A DNA stretch of 64,000 bases from Candidatus Omnitrophota bacterium (GTDB lineage: Bacteria; Omnitrophota; Omnitrophia; Omnitrophales; Aquincolibacteriaceae). Position 1 is the stretch's first letter, and each line of letters starts with the position of its first letter. Under the pieces are notes generated by a model. That model saw nothing but the letters and a program-made list of their open reading frames with translations, was not told where the DNA came from and searched no databases. The stretch lies in the NCBI GenBank assembly GCA_022709525.1, contig JAKLIQ010000001.1, positions 146,679 to 210,678 of the forward strand, in the 5' to 3' direction. Shown here in pieces: positions 29,231 to 40,600 of this stretch. Made by a program: the position numbers and the translations under genes.

Positions 29231-29771
29231 AATCAAAATATGTTTTGCCTCGATCTTTTGGCTCGCATTTTGCTTTTTAACCCCTGCTCTCTACGGGGAA
29301 AGTCCGGCACCTCAAGAGAATCCGATCCCGGGCAGTCCGTCCGAATTTTCCCAGTCAACGGCAGGAGTTGATACAGCTGTTCAAACAGCTCAGCAAGAGA
29401 TCCGCGATCCTTTCGCAACTCCTTCCGGCCAGAACGTCCCCGCGGTCGCCGCTGTTTCTGCGGATATGCCGGAGATCAAAGTAGATCTTCAAGGGATCGG
29501 TTTTGGCAGCAAGGAAGCTTATGCTTTAATCGGCGGCGACATCTTTCATATTGGGGAGGAAAAACGCGGTATTAAATTACTTGAGGTTCGAAGGCATGAG
29601 GTCGATATCTTAGTGAACGGAGGAAAAGTCACGTATCGATTGTTCCCGGGCCAGGAACTTGAAAAGGCCAAAGAGAGGGAACGCAAAAAGAAAGGCGATA
29701 CGGCTCTTTCCGCTCAACAACCGGAGCAGGATCCGTCATCTTTTACGGGAAGGGAGCAGCCATCATTATGA
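29223..29771 (+). CDS. PilP-like lipoprotein/periplasmic pilus assembly protein
   Basis: Signal peptide, an RDPF motif, and small size. Lies between the pilO-like gene and the secretin. Confidence 0.45.
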   Translation: MTKIKICFASIFWLAFCFLTPALYGESPAPQENPIPGSPSEFSQSTAGVDTAVQTAQQEIRDPFATPSGQNVPAVAAVSADMPEIKVDLQGIGFGSKEAYALIGGDIFHIGEEKRGIKLLEVRRHEVDILVNGGKVTYRLFPGQELEKAKERERKKKGDTALSAQQPEQDPSSFTGREQPSL

Positions 29772-31606
29772 AGAAAACCATTCAGCATTTAAAGGTAGCG
29801 ATTTTTTTAACATTAGCGCTTTTTTTATGCGTGCCTTTTACACTTAGAGCGGAAGATTCCGGAAGCCCGTGGGCCCATGGCGAATCGCCGTCGACAACAG
29901 GGGTGACCGATTCCGGGAGTTCCCCGACGTTCGTTCAGACCTCTCCGGATCAGCCACCGCCCGCTTCGGATGATGTCCAAGTTGAAAGGACGGCCGATGG
30001 GAAATATTATCTCGACTTCAAGGCGGCCTCGCTCATCAATGTATTAAACGTGCTTTCGAATCTAAGCGGGATCAATTTTGTTGCCGGCAGAGAAGTCGCG
30101 GATCGTCAGGTTAATATGACGCTTGATAATGTGACCTTGGATGATGTTTTGGACGCCCTCTCCAACAGTTGTAATGTCACTTATGACATGATGCCGGGAA
30201 GGAATATCTATCTTTTCAGGGCTTCGGCGGATTCGGCGGATAAACCCAAGCTCCTCACCAAGGTTTTTAAGCTTTACTATGTTCAAGTCAGCAAAATAAA
30301 GGAAATTGAATCTTCCTCCTCCAGTTCTTCCGGAGGCAGTTCTTCTTCCGGAACAAGCAGCTCGAGCGGCTCAAGCGGTGGGCTCGTGACCTTATCAACC
30401 TCAGATACCGATGATACAGATCTCGAAAATTCCGCAATCGTAAAAGCGATTGAAAAGATCCTTTCAGAGCGTGGAAAAGTTTCGGTCGATGACCGTTCGA
30501 ACAGTTTGATCGTCACCGATACCGAAGATCGTCTCAAAATGATCGAATCTGCGATCACGCAGCTAGATCGTCCGCTCAACCAGGTGCTCATCAACGTGCT
30601 GCTGATCGAGACATTCGAAGATCTGGATCGAGATTTGGGCCTCATTTGGGGAGATACGGACGGATTTTTCGGAACAATCTCGGGAGGGTCTCAAGATACC
30701 AATTTCCCTTTTTTTACAGGCCCGGTAGGGGGTCACTCAGGCACCTCTTTTTGGGATACCGCATACAATATGTTTAAAAATACTGGAAAGCAATTTAATC
30801 CATCTCATGACAGCGGAGCTCTTGCTACTGGCACCAGAGATTTTACGGCTTTCTCGATTACGTTGCAGGCGTTAGAAAGCGCCTCGAAACTTAAGGTTTT
30901 GGCCAAGCCTAAAATCCTTGTCTTAGATAATCATCCAGCGCTTATCAAAATCGCGACCAATGCCGCGATTGGCACAACAACGGTCACAGAAGCCGGAGGC
31001 GCGGGCACAAGTTCCACGAGCATTGAACGCTCTGAGATTGGCACCATTCTCCGTGTGACACCTCTTATCAACACAGGTGACCGTGTGACTATGACCGTCG
31101 AGCCAACTTTCGCAACCGTGGATCAGTCAGCGATCACAGTTGCCGCAACAGAGACAGGAGACCCCACTGTTCGTACCGCCAGGACGACCATGATGATCAA
31201 TGACGGGCAGACGATCGCGTTGGGCGGCTTGCTTTTTAGCAATCAATCCAACGGGAACAGAAAAGTACCTTTCTTTGGGAATCTTCCAGTGGTAGGCAAA
31301 GCGTTGTTTACCAACAATACAAAATCTCTTCAAGATCGCGAGTTGATACTTTTTGTGACGCCTAACATCATCACAAATTCTTCCGTTCTTGAGACGCTCA
31401 GTGTGCCGGAAAAGCGCTTGCAATACGAAGATGAGTCTGCGCCTTGGTGGAAAGTGAAGCAAAAGCAATGGTATAAAGAAATGAAAGAAGGCCCGGAGAA
31501 GGATCTTGATTTTGATAGTTATTTTAATGTTCGCAAAAAACTGATCGATACGACGCTGGATACCCTGGATCAGACCGCGAAGGCGCCGTCCAAAGGGAAG
31601 CCGTAA
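29768..31606 (+). CDS. secretin (PilQ/GspD family)
   Basis: Signal peptide, N-domains, a Ser/Gly-rich linker (SSSSSSSGGSSSSGTSSSSGSSGG), and a C-terminal secretin domain (IALGGLLFSNQSNGNRKVPFFGNLPVVGKALF...LILFVTPNII). Confidence 0.8.
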   Translation: MKKTIQHLKVAIFLTLALFLCVPFTLRAEDSGSPWAHGESPSTTGVTDSGSSPTFVQTSPDQPPPASDDVQVERTADGKYYLDFKAASLINVLNVLSNLSGINFVAGREVADRQVNMTLDNVTLDDVLDALSNSCNVTYDMMPGRNIYLFRASADSADKPKLLTKVFKLYYVQVSKIKEIESSSSSSSGGSSSSGTSSSSGSSGGLVTLSTSDTDDTDLENSAIVKAIEKILSERGKVSVDDRSNSLIVTDTEDRLKMIESAITQLDRPLNQVLINVLLIETFEDLDRDLGLIWGDTDGFFGTISGGSQDTNFPFFTGPVGGHSGTSFWDTAYNMFKNTGKQFNPSHDSGALATGTRDFTAFSITLQALESASKLKVLAKPKILVLDNHPALIKIATNAAIGTTTVTEAGGAGTSSTSIERSEIGTILRVTPLINTGDRVTMTVEPTFATVDQSAITVAATETGDPTVRTARTTMMINDGQTIALGGLLFSNQSNGNRKVPFFGNLPVVGKALFTNNTKSLQDRELILFVTPNIITNSSVLETLSVPEKRLQYEDESAPWWKVKQKQWYKEMKEGPEKDLDFDSYFNVRKKLIDTTLDTLDQTAKAPSKGKP

Positions 31607-31623
31607 GGAAGGATGGGGCGACT

Positions 31624-33318
31624 GTGCGCATCAACGCTCTTTTAGGGGATTTGCTTGTTGAAAAGGGGGCCATCACTCGCACCCAACTGAACCAAGCGTT
31701 GACCCAGCAGAAAAATTCACGCGAACCGCTAGGTCAAGTGCTCATCCAGATGGGGTTATTGGATGAGGCCCAGCTGCGCATGGTCCTTTCCGAACAGTTG
31801 GGCGTTTCCTTTCTTACCGCCAATCAGTTGAAGCCGCGCACAGATCAGCGCCTCAAAGAATGTATCCCGCCGGATTTTGCCCTAGCCAATTTGGTTCTGC
31901 CTTTAGACCGCCAGGGACAAGTACTTAAAGTGGCTGTGGCTAAGGTGCCCGACATCATTTTCCTCGATAATCTTCGCAAAATTACAGGACTTGATATCGT
32001 GACAGTCCTTTCTACAGAGAACGAACTTCGTCGCGCGATCGAAGCTTATTACAGCAGCACGGACCTTCAGGAGTTTGTTTCTTCCTCGGAAGTGGATGAT
32101 ATCAAAGAGGATTATGGCGATCAAAAAGACGAGAACAAGGTCGATCTGGAAGCGACAATCGCGGAAGCCGGAAAAGGGCCGGTCGTCAAACTCGTCAATT
32201 TTATGATCAAAAAAGCCTTGGATGATCGCGCTAGCGATATCCATATCGAGCCATTCGCCGCAAAGATCTCGGTTCGTTACCGCGTGGACGGCAATCTTTA
32301 TGAGCTTCCTCCTCCGCCCAGAGAGCTGCATAATGCCATCGTTTCCCGTATCAAGATCCTATCAAAGATGGATATCGCGGAAAAACGTATCCCGCAGGAC
32401 GGCTCCTTTTCGATCCAGTACAATGATCAGAAGATCGATGTCCGCGTTTCGACGATCCCAATTATCTATGGCGAAAAAGTTGTCATGCGTATCCTTGCAA
32501 AACGCATGGAACTTTTAAACATGCAGACGCTCGGTTTTGAGCCCGAACAATTGGCGCTTTTTGAAAAAGCGCTGATGCGGCCGTACGGGCTTCTTTTGGT
32601 GACCGGTCCCACCGGAAGCGGTAAAAGCACAACGCTTTATGCGGCATTGAATAAACGTCTTTCTCCGGAGATCAATATTCTCACGATCGAAGATCCGGTC
32701 GAGTATCAGCTTCAGGGGGTCAATCAAGTTCAGGTGAAACCGGATATCGGGCTGACGTTTGCGAGCGGTCTTCGGGCATTCCTCCGCCAAGATCCCGACG
32801 TCATTCTCGTGGGAGAAGTTCGCGATCTTGAGACCGCAGAGATCTGTATTCGCGCCTCGCTTACGGGGCATTTGGTGTTAAGCACGCTTCACACTAATGA
32901 CGCGGTAACGGCAGTAACCCGTCTGATCGATATCGGGATCCCTCCTTATTTGGTCGCGGGGAGTCTTGGCCTTGTCGCTGCGCAACGCTTACTCCGCCTC
33001 TTGTGCCCTCATTGCAAGGTCCCCTATAAGCCCGATGCGAAGATTGTCGACGAATACAAGATCAAAGCCGGTACGCTTTATAATGCTAAAGGATGCGAAA
33101 AATGCCGGAATATCGGTTACTGGGGTCGCATGGCGATCTATGAAGTTTTACCGATCGATGAAGACATTCGTCGCCTTATCACCAAGGACGCAGACCTTGA
33201 GAAACTGCGTCAGGTCCAAAAACAAAAACATTACGAAAGCCTTCTCCAGAACGGATTAAGGAAGGTAGAGCAGGGTATTACGACCCTTGACGAGGTTTTA
33301 AGCGTCGCTTATGAATGA
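31624..33318 (+). CDS. type IV pilus / type II secretion assembly ATPase (PilB/GspE family)
   Basis: T2SSE_N-like N-domain, Walker A VTGPTGSGKSTT, Asp/His boxes, and a tetracysteine zinc motif (CPHCK...CEKC). Confidence 0.85.
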   Translation: MRINALLGDLLVEKGAITRTQLNQALTQQKNSREPLGQVLIQMGLLDEAQLRMVLSEQLGVSFLTANQLKPRTDQRLKECIPPDFALANLVLPLDRQGQVLKVAVAKVPDIIFLDNLRKITGLDIVTVLSTENELRRAIEAYYSSTDLQEFVSSSEVDDIKEDYGDQKDENKVDLEATIAEAGKGPVVKLVNFMIKKALDDRASDIHIEPFAAKISVRYRVDGNLYELPPPPRELHNAIVSRIKILSKMDIAEKRIPQDGSFSIQYNDQKIDVRVSTIPIIYGEKVVMRILAKRMELLNMQTLGFEPEQLALFEKALMRPYGLLLVTGPTGSGKSTTLYAALNKRLSPEINILTIEDPVEYQLQGVNQVQVKPDIGLTFASGLRAFLRQDPDVILVGEVRDLETAEICIRASLTGHLVLSTLHTNDAVTAVTRLIDIGIPPYLVAGSLGLVAAQRLLRLLCPHCKVPYKPDAKIVDEYKIKAGTLYNAKGCEKCRNIGYWGRMAIYEVLPIDEDIRRLITKDADLEKLRQVQKQKHYESLLQNGLRKVEQGITTLDEVLSVAYE

Positions 33319-34639
33319 TCCCTCAGTCGAAAAAAGATCCGCCAACCTCGCGAAAGACAGGGAGCTTTCTTTCGAGTGTCATATCCGTCCTCATGATGCT
33401 CCGCATAAATCTCAAGTTCTGATCATTCAGGCGCCTACCGAGGATATGGCGGTCCAACAACTGCTCGCGCAGGGGCATGTGGTCGTATCCGTCCGCGTTT
33501 TGGGATCCCGCCCCTGGAATTTCCGGGAGATGGTTTTAGGCCCCTTCCGGCCCTCCGGGATCAAATCGCCCAGGGTCTCGCTTTCATTTTTTAACCATGT
33601 TTCGATCCGGGAATTGATCTTTTTTGCGATCCAGCTGGCGACGCTCCTTAAAGCTGGGATCGCGCTTCTCCGGGCCCTTGAAATTATCCGTCGCGGGACG
33701 GCCAATCCCTATTTCCAAAAGGTGATCAAAGGGCTTGGCCAGGATGTCAGCGGCGGCGCGCCCTTGAGCGCCGGACTTGAGAAACATCAGAAAGTTTTCC
33801 CTTGGGTTTGGATCAACCTTGTTAAGGTGGGAGAAACGACGGGAAAACTGCCGGAAGTTCTGGAGGAGATCGCGCATTACCAGGAAGCTTCAGAGCGTAT
33901 TAAAAGCAAGGTTATCTCAGCTTTTTTTTATCCCGGCATTTTGACATTGGCCGTTATCGCGGCTTTGACTTTTTTGTTGATCTTTATCGTTCCGAAATTT
34001 GCGGAGATCTTCCAATCCCAAAATATGCCGCTTCCCGCGATCACCCAGGTTGTTATTGGCGCAAGCGATGCCGTTCGTTTTCAATTTCCCTACATCATGA
34101 CCGCTGTCATCTTGATCATTTTTGGCATCCGCTTCCTTAAAAGGACTCCCGCAGGGAAGATCGGCTACGATCATTTCCGCCTTAATGTCCCCATTTTTGG
34201 CGATCTTCTGGTGCAAGTAGGCGTGGTCCGGTTTTCCCGAAGTCTCGCGACGCTTTTAAAAGCCGGCGTTCAGATCCTCCAGGGGCTTGAGATCTCCGGG
34301 AAGCTCGTTGAGAACCGCTTTATTGAAAATAAACTCAAGGAAGTGGCTTTGGCGGTGCGCGGCGGCCAAGGCCTTGGGATCCAGCTTGAATACAAAAAGA
34401 TCTTTCCCGTTTTCATGACCCAGCTCGTCAGCGTCGGCGAGGAAAGCGGTCAACTGGAACGATTTCTCGACCTTATCGCAAATTTCTATGAAAATCGGGT
34501 GGATACTTTTCTCGCGCGTTTGGCGACGCTTTTAGAACCCATCCTTCTTCTTTTTATGGGTGGCGTGATCGGAACGATCGTGGTTTCCATGTTCCTTCCG
34601 ATCATCGAGCTTTCTACGGGCGGCGCGGCGGGGATGTAG
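33311..34639 (+). CDS. pilus / T2SS inner-membrane platform protein (PilC/GspF family)
   Basis: Two repeated GspF-type cytoplasmic domains with three TM segments. Overlaps the ATPase stop. Confidence 0.8.
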   Translation: MNDPSVEKRSANLAKDRELSFECHIRPHDAPHKSQVLIIQAPTEDMAVQQLLAQGHVVVSVRVLGSRPWNFREMVLGPFRPSGIKSPRVSLSFFNHVSIRELIFFAIQLATLLKAGIALLRALEIIRRGTANPYFQKVIKGLGQDVSGGAPLSAGLEKHQKVFPWVWINLVKVGETTGKLPEVLEEIAHYQEASERIKSKVISAFFYPGILTLAVIAALTFLLIFIVPKFAEIFQSQNMPLPAITQVVIGASDAVRFQFPYIMTAVILIIFGIRFLKRTPAGKIGYDHFRLNVPIFGDLLVQVGVVRFSRSLATLLKAGVQILQGLEISGKLVENRFIENKLKEVALAVRGGQGLGIQLEYKKIFPVFMTQLVSVGEESGQLERFLDLIANFYENRVDTFLARLATLLEPILLLFMGGVIGTIVVSMFLPIIELSTGGAAGM

Positions 34640-34644
34640 TGTTC

Positions 34645-34673
34645 TTGATGTCATTATTGAAAAGGGCTATACT
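34645..34673 (+). promoter_or_regulatory. candidate sigma70 promoter for the pilin operon (TTGATG-17-TATACT)
   Basis: -35 TTGATG at 34645-34650, exactly 17 nt of spacer, and -10 TATACT at 34668-34673. This is ~65 nt upstream of the pilin ATG, which has an AAGGAG RBS. Confidence 0.45.
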
Positions 34674-34740
34674 GCGGCTAACATCTTAGGGCGCAGATCA
34701 GGAAAAAAAGAATTTAATCTTTAACGAAGGAGAAAAAAAC

Positions 34741-35226
34741 ATGAAAACTAAAAAGGGTTTTACACTGATCGAGCTTCTCATCGTGGTCATCATCATCGCC
34801 GTTTTAGCGGCTTTAATTCTTCCGCGTTTCTTAAGTCAGCCGGAGCGTGCCAGGGTCGCTGAGGCCCAGCAGCAGCTCGGCGCTCTTCGCCGCGCCCAGA
34901 TTGCGAATATGGACGCAACAGGAGACGACAGTTTTATAGCCGTTACAGCCACTACGACCGGTTCAGGAGGTACTACCGCAGGATCGGGGTGGGGAGTCCT
35001 TGGTTTAGTGGAGCCAGACGCGGCACAGGGGGCGAATTTTACTTATACGTGCACCGCAGGGACCACTCCCACAACCAACTTGTGTACTGCCACGCGTAGC
35101 ACCATTCCTGGGAATACAATTATCCTTCGGGAGGATGGTAATTATTTATGCGGCGGAACGTATTGGCCGGTGGGCGGAGCGGCGCAAACAGATACCAGCA
35201 CGACCGGATGCACTACTCGAGCATAG
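34741..35226 (+). CDS. type IV pilin (prepilin with class III signal peptide), Thr-rich C-terminal region
   Basis: MKTKKG|FTLIELLIVVIIIAVLAALILP is an N-methylation-type leader plus hydrophobic helix. The C-terminal half is Thr/Gly-rich with four Cys. Confidence 0.8.
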   Translation: MKTKKGFTLIELLIVVIIIAVLAALILPRFLSQPERARVAEAQQQLGALRRAQIANMDATGDDSFIAVTATTTGSGGTTAGSGWGVLGLVEPDAAQGANFTYTCTAGTTPTTNLCTATRSTIPGNTIILREDGNYLCGGTYWPVGGAAQTDTSTTGCTTRA

Positions 35227-35289
35227 GTTTTCTTTTTGATAGCGGGTTTCGTTGTTATTTTTCAAAAAATAAAAAGCGAGGGTCGCGGC

Positions 35290-35766
35290 ATGAGATATGA
35301 GGGTAAGGGTTTTACATTGGCCGAGCTTCTCATTGTCATCGTGATTTTGGGTATTTTGGGCGGCATTGCTCTTCCGAAATTTTTCCCGCAAGCTGAAAAA
35401 GGACGCGTCGCGGAAGCCGTAGGGATGTTAAGCGCTATTCGTATGGGAGAGGAAGCCTATAAGCTTGAGAATGGCGTATATCTTGCTATCACCAACAGTG
35501 CCGCCGGCACTGAGTGGAATAAAATCGGAATGGATAGCCCCAATACTAGCACCGCTGACAGCCGTAATTTTGAATACAGTGTAGCGCTAGTTTCGTCCAG
35601 AAGCAGTACGGGACTTCCCGGGTTTGATGCTACTGCTACGCGATGCACTGCGCAGTCATGGTGCAAGAACGATAGCCCATCTGCCGAATATGGCGGCAAG
35701 ACGATCATTCTCAATGAATTAGGCGTTTGGGATTCCGCCGCAACACACCCATTTAAGCCGTCTTAA
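35290..35766 (+). CDS. type IV pilin paralog 2
   Basis: MRYEGKG|FTLAELLIVIVILGILGGIALP. ATG at 35290; the ORF track's upstream start is unlikely. Confidence 0.75.
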   Translation: MRYEGKGFTLAELLIVIVILGILGGIALPKFFPQAEKGRVAEAVGMLSAIRMGEEAYKLENGVYLAITNSAAGTEWNKIGMDSPNTSTADSRNFEYSVALVSSRSSTGLPGFDATATRCTAQSWCKNDSPSAEYGGKTIILNELGVWDSAATHPFKPS

Positions 35767-35796
35767 TCTTACAAGTATTTACCATCCTCAAAAGCC

Positions 35797-36330
35797 ATGG
35801 GGAGTAGCGTTATGTTTCATCAGGGAGGTTCGTTAAGAAAACAGCGCGACATTCCCCGAAGTGCGGGGTTTACGTTAACTGAGGTGATGATTGTAGTTAT
35901 CATCATCGGGGTTCTTGCCACGCTCGCCATCCCTCGTTTTTTTGGCCAAACCGAAAAAGCCAAAGCTGCCGAAGCAATTAACATGTTAAGCGTTATTCGG
36001 CGCGCCCAGCTTCAGTATTATGACGCTCACGATAGAGTATACGTATCGATCCCGGATAACTGCAGCCCATCAGGTGCTGATGTGGCTACCAGTAAAACCG
36101 ATTTTTTAGAAAAACTTGGGATCGAAATTCCCGCCTGCGCTAACGCCCATTGGACTTATAGTACCGCCAACGTTGCCAATAGCGGTGGGACAAATTCCCT
36201 TATTGTCACAGCCACCCGGAAGCCCATTGGGGGTGAAAAAGTCTCAGGCGCCTTGACCATCGATGATAATGGGACGTGGAGCGGAGCAGGGGAATATGCG
36301 AAATCTGCGGAAAAATACTGGCCGTTCTAA
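35797..36330 (+). CDS. type IV pilin paralog 3
   Basis: Leader ...PRSAG|FTLTEVMIVVIIIGVLATLAIP. ATG at 35797 or 35812. Confidence 0.7.
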   Translation: MGSSVMFHQGGSLRKQRDIPRSAGFTLTEVMIVVIIIGVLATLAIPRFFGQTEKAKAAEAINMLSVIRRAQLQYYDAHDRVYVSIPDNCSPSGADVATSKTDFLEKLGIEIPACANAHWTYSTANVANSGGTNSLIVTATRKPIGGEKVSGALTIDDNGTWSGAGEYAKSAEKYWPF

Positions 36331-36473
36331 GATATATCCATCTTCCCAAGCTATTCTTTCCCATCTAAAACAAGATCGCTTCTCATCTTTTGAAAACCGT
36401 CGATTTTTGCTTTTTTTGATCTCGCCTGTTACATTTTATAGTAGGTTTCGTTGAAGACAAAGGCAGGTTTGAC

Positions 36474-36887
36474 ATGAAAAAAGAAATTGGTTTTACGCTT
36501 TTGGAGATCATGGTCAGCATGGTAGTCCTGACCGTTGTGGCCGTAGGAGTGATCGGTACGGTTGCTTTTACAAAGCGGTCTGCGGCCGAAATGCAACAAC
36601 GGCTAAGCGCTATTGATCTCGCGGAAAAAAAGATCGCGGAGATTAAAACCCAAAAGATTGGCGCCATTCCCTTAACGCACGAAACCATTACCACCGCTTT
36701 TTCGGAGTTGTCTAGTGCTGTGATGGCCTATAAGGTCGAAAAGCTTGGCGTACCGTATCTTTTCAACGTCGAAATTGAAATACGTTGGGATTATGGCTGG
36801 CGGGACAAAGCAAATCCATGCGCAACAAATTGGGATTCTTGCGATAAAAAAATGATTTTACGCACAGTTTATTTTAGCCCGTCTTGA
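36474..36887 (+). CDS. minor pilin / pseudopilin
   Basis: MKKEIG|FTLLEIMVSMVVLTVVAV prepilin-type N-terminus. 137 aa. Confidence 0.6.
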   Translation: MKKEIGFTLLEIMVSMVVLTVVAVGVIGTVAFTKRSAAEMQQRLSAIDLAEKKIAEIKTQKIGAIPLTHETITTAFSELSSAVMAYKVEKLGVPYLFNVEIEIRWDYGWRDKANPCATNWDSCDKKMILRTVYFSPS

Positions 36888-36991
36888 AAAGGTATCGCAG
36901 TGAAGTTCGGAGGTTTTAAAAAAGGAGGTTAGCGATTAATTGCCTTGGTCGTTATCCCAATTTCGTTAAATCGGTTCACGGCTTAACTCTC

Positions 36992-37681
36992 TTGGAGCTT
37001 TTGCTCGCCCTTTCAATTCTTTCTTCCGTGCTTATCGCCGGGGGGGTCTTGTCTATTTCCGTTGCCAAAATACTTTATCGCGCAAATGCGCAAACCCGGG
37101 CCTTTGACACGGTTAATTCTGTTATTCGGTTCATGGAAAAGGATATTAAGCAAATGGTGCCTGGCACCGTTGGCGTTTACAATCAATTATGCAGCAACGC
37201 AAGGGGCACTTCCGCGGGTACCTTAACGGGTTATGGCCCCATGTTTGGATGGCGGCTTGCCCTTCTTGATTTTCAAAGCAGTCTGCCGCTTTCAAAAACA
37301 GGATCTAATAATTGTGGTTGGTGGGGATTATCAGAAAGATATGGCTATTGCTATAATGTAATTTCGAGCCGCGCCGGAGGGTTCGACGGATACATTTCTA
37401 ATTATGCAAGCGATGTGGCGGTCGTGCCTTACATCCAGAAGGAAGATTTCAAAACTCCCGTGTCTGATGAGGATTTTTTAGCGTGTCGCGATAATCCGTG
37501 CTATAAAACCCAACACGACTCTCCTGCCACCTTCTGCCCTAATATATGGGACATAGAAACTGATTCTGAAGGAAATCAAACCTTAATTCTCAGAATCGGA
37601 GCGATCGTTACAAAGGACGGGAAAACGTTGGCAAGGGCCGGTGTCCGGAAATATTTTGCCCTGCCGAAGGTGAAAACGTGA
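36992..37681 (+). CDS. minor pilin / pseudopilin (true start upstream of the track ORF)
   Basis: Upstream of the TTG at 36992 the frame stays open back to a stop at 36917 and encodes ...SVHG|LTLLELLLALSIL, a prepilin cleavage motif. There is no in-frame ATG/GTG/TTG upstream; an ATT at 36935 sits 7 nt after AAAGGAGG. Confidence 0.5.
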   Translation: MELLLALSILSSVLIAGGVLSISVAKILYRANAQTRAFDTVNSVIRFMEKDIKQMVPGTVGVYNQLCSNARGTSAGTLTGYGPMFGWRLALLDFQSSLPLSKTGSNNCGWWGLSERYGYCYNVISSRAGGFDGYISNYASDVAVVPYIQKEDFKTPVSDEDFLACRDNPCYKTQHDSPATFCPNIWDIETDSEGNQTLILRIGAIVTKDGKTLARAGVRKYFALPKVKT

Positions 37682-40600
37682 GAAATTTAAAAACAAACGA
37701 ACGCGGCTATGCTTTGCTTGCAACGATTTTGATAGTCATCCTCATTGTCTCAGGGCTTACGGGAGCTTTTCTTAACATGACCCGGCAAGGCCGCAGTATC
37801 CAACGGCTCAAAGACCGTGCCGAAATGAGTTTGTATGCGCAAGCCGTTGTTGAAGCGGTTGAAAGTCTTTTTTACAGTTATGTAATAACTCATGCGACCT
37901 ATCCAAATTTTTCAAGTGAACAAAAAAACGAGGTATGCGATCCATGTGTTTCGACGGATACCGCTGGATTTTTTAGGACAAAAGCGTTGGCGAATATCCA
38001 GTCCTTAACAAGCCATATGCCTTACATAAAAGATCCGGCAAACCTTAATAGCATTCCCGAGGTTCGCGTTCGCCAAATTGGATCTTCAACCGAGCCCGCC
38101 GATGCTGTTCGGGAATATGAGGTGACGGTTGCGATGGTCAACACCCGTTCGGGAGAACGCCTGGCCGTTAAACAAAAACTCGAAGTCCGGGCGGGCACGC
38201 TTTTTGATTTCTCTATTTTTTATGACGACGACCTTGAGATCGCGCCGGGCCCGGAAAGTTCGATCCAGGGGCCGATCTTCACAAACGGGGATGTCTACTT
38301 GATGAGCGGGAGGACCAGTGACTTTGCAACCAATGCCGGGCTTAAGTTTCTGCTTCCCTATACCAATCCGTTAAATCCGCATCCGCAAAATTATATTCTT
38401 AAAAGCCATGGAGATATTTATTTCTATTTCAAGCGAGCCATGGCAGAAAATTATATGTTGAATAGCCAAGAATTTTCAGGCGCTGATGCCTATATCGCCA
38501 ATTTGCCACCCTACTATCTCGAAGCTTTAGGAGTTAGTGATCTCGCTTCGCTTAAGGCGAGGGTGGCTGGCGGCGAAAAACTTCCTGAGGTCACGCCGCC
38601 CTGGAACGTGCATCAATCCGATTGGTGCGATTATTCCAAAATATATGCAGGATGCCAGTTGGAAAAAGATGGAACCGAAAACAGGTTTTTTCCATATTTT
38701 TACTATTTTTCGAATGGGGCTGAGCTCGGAAATTATAACGGAGTCATCCCCGTGACTCGTATCAGTGTTTATGATAGCAGCGGGGCTAGTCCTCTTAACA
38801 TCGGGACAACTCCGACCGGGGTTCTTGTTCAATCCTACTCAAGGTTTGCAGCCGGAACTGTTTATCATGCGCCTCGTATGGGCCCCTACGCCTATCCGTG
38901 GACAGCATACAGAGTGAGCGTTTCTCCGGCTTTTGACGTTACAAATTTTCCAAAACTTTATTCCGGTTGGTCGCCTGAACATCCCGTAGCTACAAGAAAA
39001 AATGTTACGGGAGAGTCTCATCCATTAAAAGAAAAAATGGACAATCCTTTAAAAGACCCGCAGTGGGGCGGCGTTAGCTCTCAGGGAAATATTTTGATTA
39101 TGGACAATGTCGACCCTAAAGCATTACCGATTGGCGTTGCTAATCCGGATCCAAGCAACATCAATCCGAATCATCTTCTCATCGAACCCGTAGAGGAAAG
39201 CGATTCCGTCGAGATCAAAAATTTGAAGTATCAGGGGATCGCGGATATCGATATTCGTTGCGCTAACAGTTTATGCACAGCTCATAGCGTGTGCGTGAAA
39301 GGCGAATATCCATGTTTTTCAAGTAGCGCTGCGCCGGAAGAATTCATTGATTATGGCTGGATCTATGACTACCGGCTCAAAGGACGCTATAGAACCTTAA
39401 CCCTTTTCATGGACAAACTTAGGAAATATTTTCTTGATCGTATTCCCAGAACAGACGCGACGGGAACCGCGCTCGGAAATGAGTATTTTCGCGATGGTAT
39501 AAGTATTTATATTCAAACCCTTCCGATGCTTGATTCTCTGGGCGTTCCTCAAGGCGACGCCGAAGATAACTCTGTGCGCCTTGTGAGGGTCAAAGACTCC
39601 GCGGCCGCCACATATCCCGGAGCGATCCCCTCGGCATTGCAAAGTGGAAAGATCACCGGGATGACTCTTGCGACAAATGGACGGCTTTGGGTTCAAGGAG
39701 ATTTCAATATTTATTATGGTTATAACGAGAGCGGGGCTCCGGGAGGCGTTTGTTCCTATGACGAGATTATTCAACAGACATGCAAAGTGCCGCCGGTTGC
39801 TATTTTTAGTGACAGCTTTGGAATTCTTTCTAAGGAATGGAAAGATGCTTACGGAGCGTCCACTTCTTTGGATTCCCGAAACGTTGGAAACGATCTTAGT
39901 TTAAATACTGCGGTCGTGACAGGTTTTCTGGAATCCCGCCTCGAGCGCAGATACAGCTCTCTTCCTGGCCCGCGTTGGAATACAAACGGGATTGATGCGA
40001 AATATTTAACGGGGCCTGTCAATGGAATTTACTATCTCAAAGTATCGCATCCTGATTTTGATCTAGCCAAAACTTCCATGTCGTATTGGCCTGAATGGGC
40101 TAAGACCGCGGGCGATACCGAAATACCCGTAGTGACATGTGAAGTAGATAAAACCACTTATACCCCGCCACTTACCGCTTCCGTTGCAGGATGCCTGGGC
40201 TATGTCGGAGTTCCCTCCGTAGCGCTGCATTCCTCTTATGTTTTAACGGGCTATTCGCCCAATTGCTGGAATTGTCTAGGCGTTCGAAATCCTAGTTATA
40301 CCGGTGTTCCTACAGGGGAAGGAAGCGCAGTGTCTCATACGGGTGATACTTGCGCTGCGGATGTAGCCAGCGGGGCTCCATTAAGACATTCCGAATATCG
40401 AAATATTGGCGCTTGCCGGGACGGAAGCGATCTAAATGGGGCGGTAATTCCAACAGAGAATCCTTATTACAATTCCCCCTGCAGAATTACAGCGACAAAT
40501 GGGGCGATCCCTGGGGAAATTAATTTTACAGAGATTTACAACGCTTGGCGCCGAGATGATGCAGGCAATCATATCAGTCTGATTACAACCAACGAAAGCT

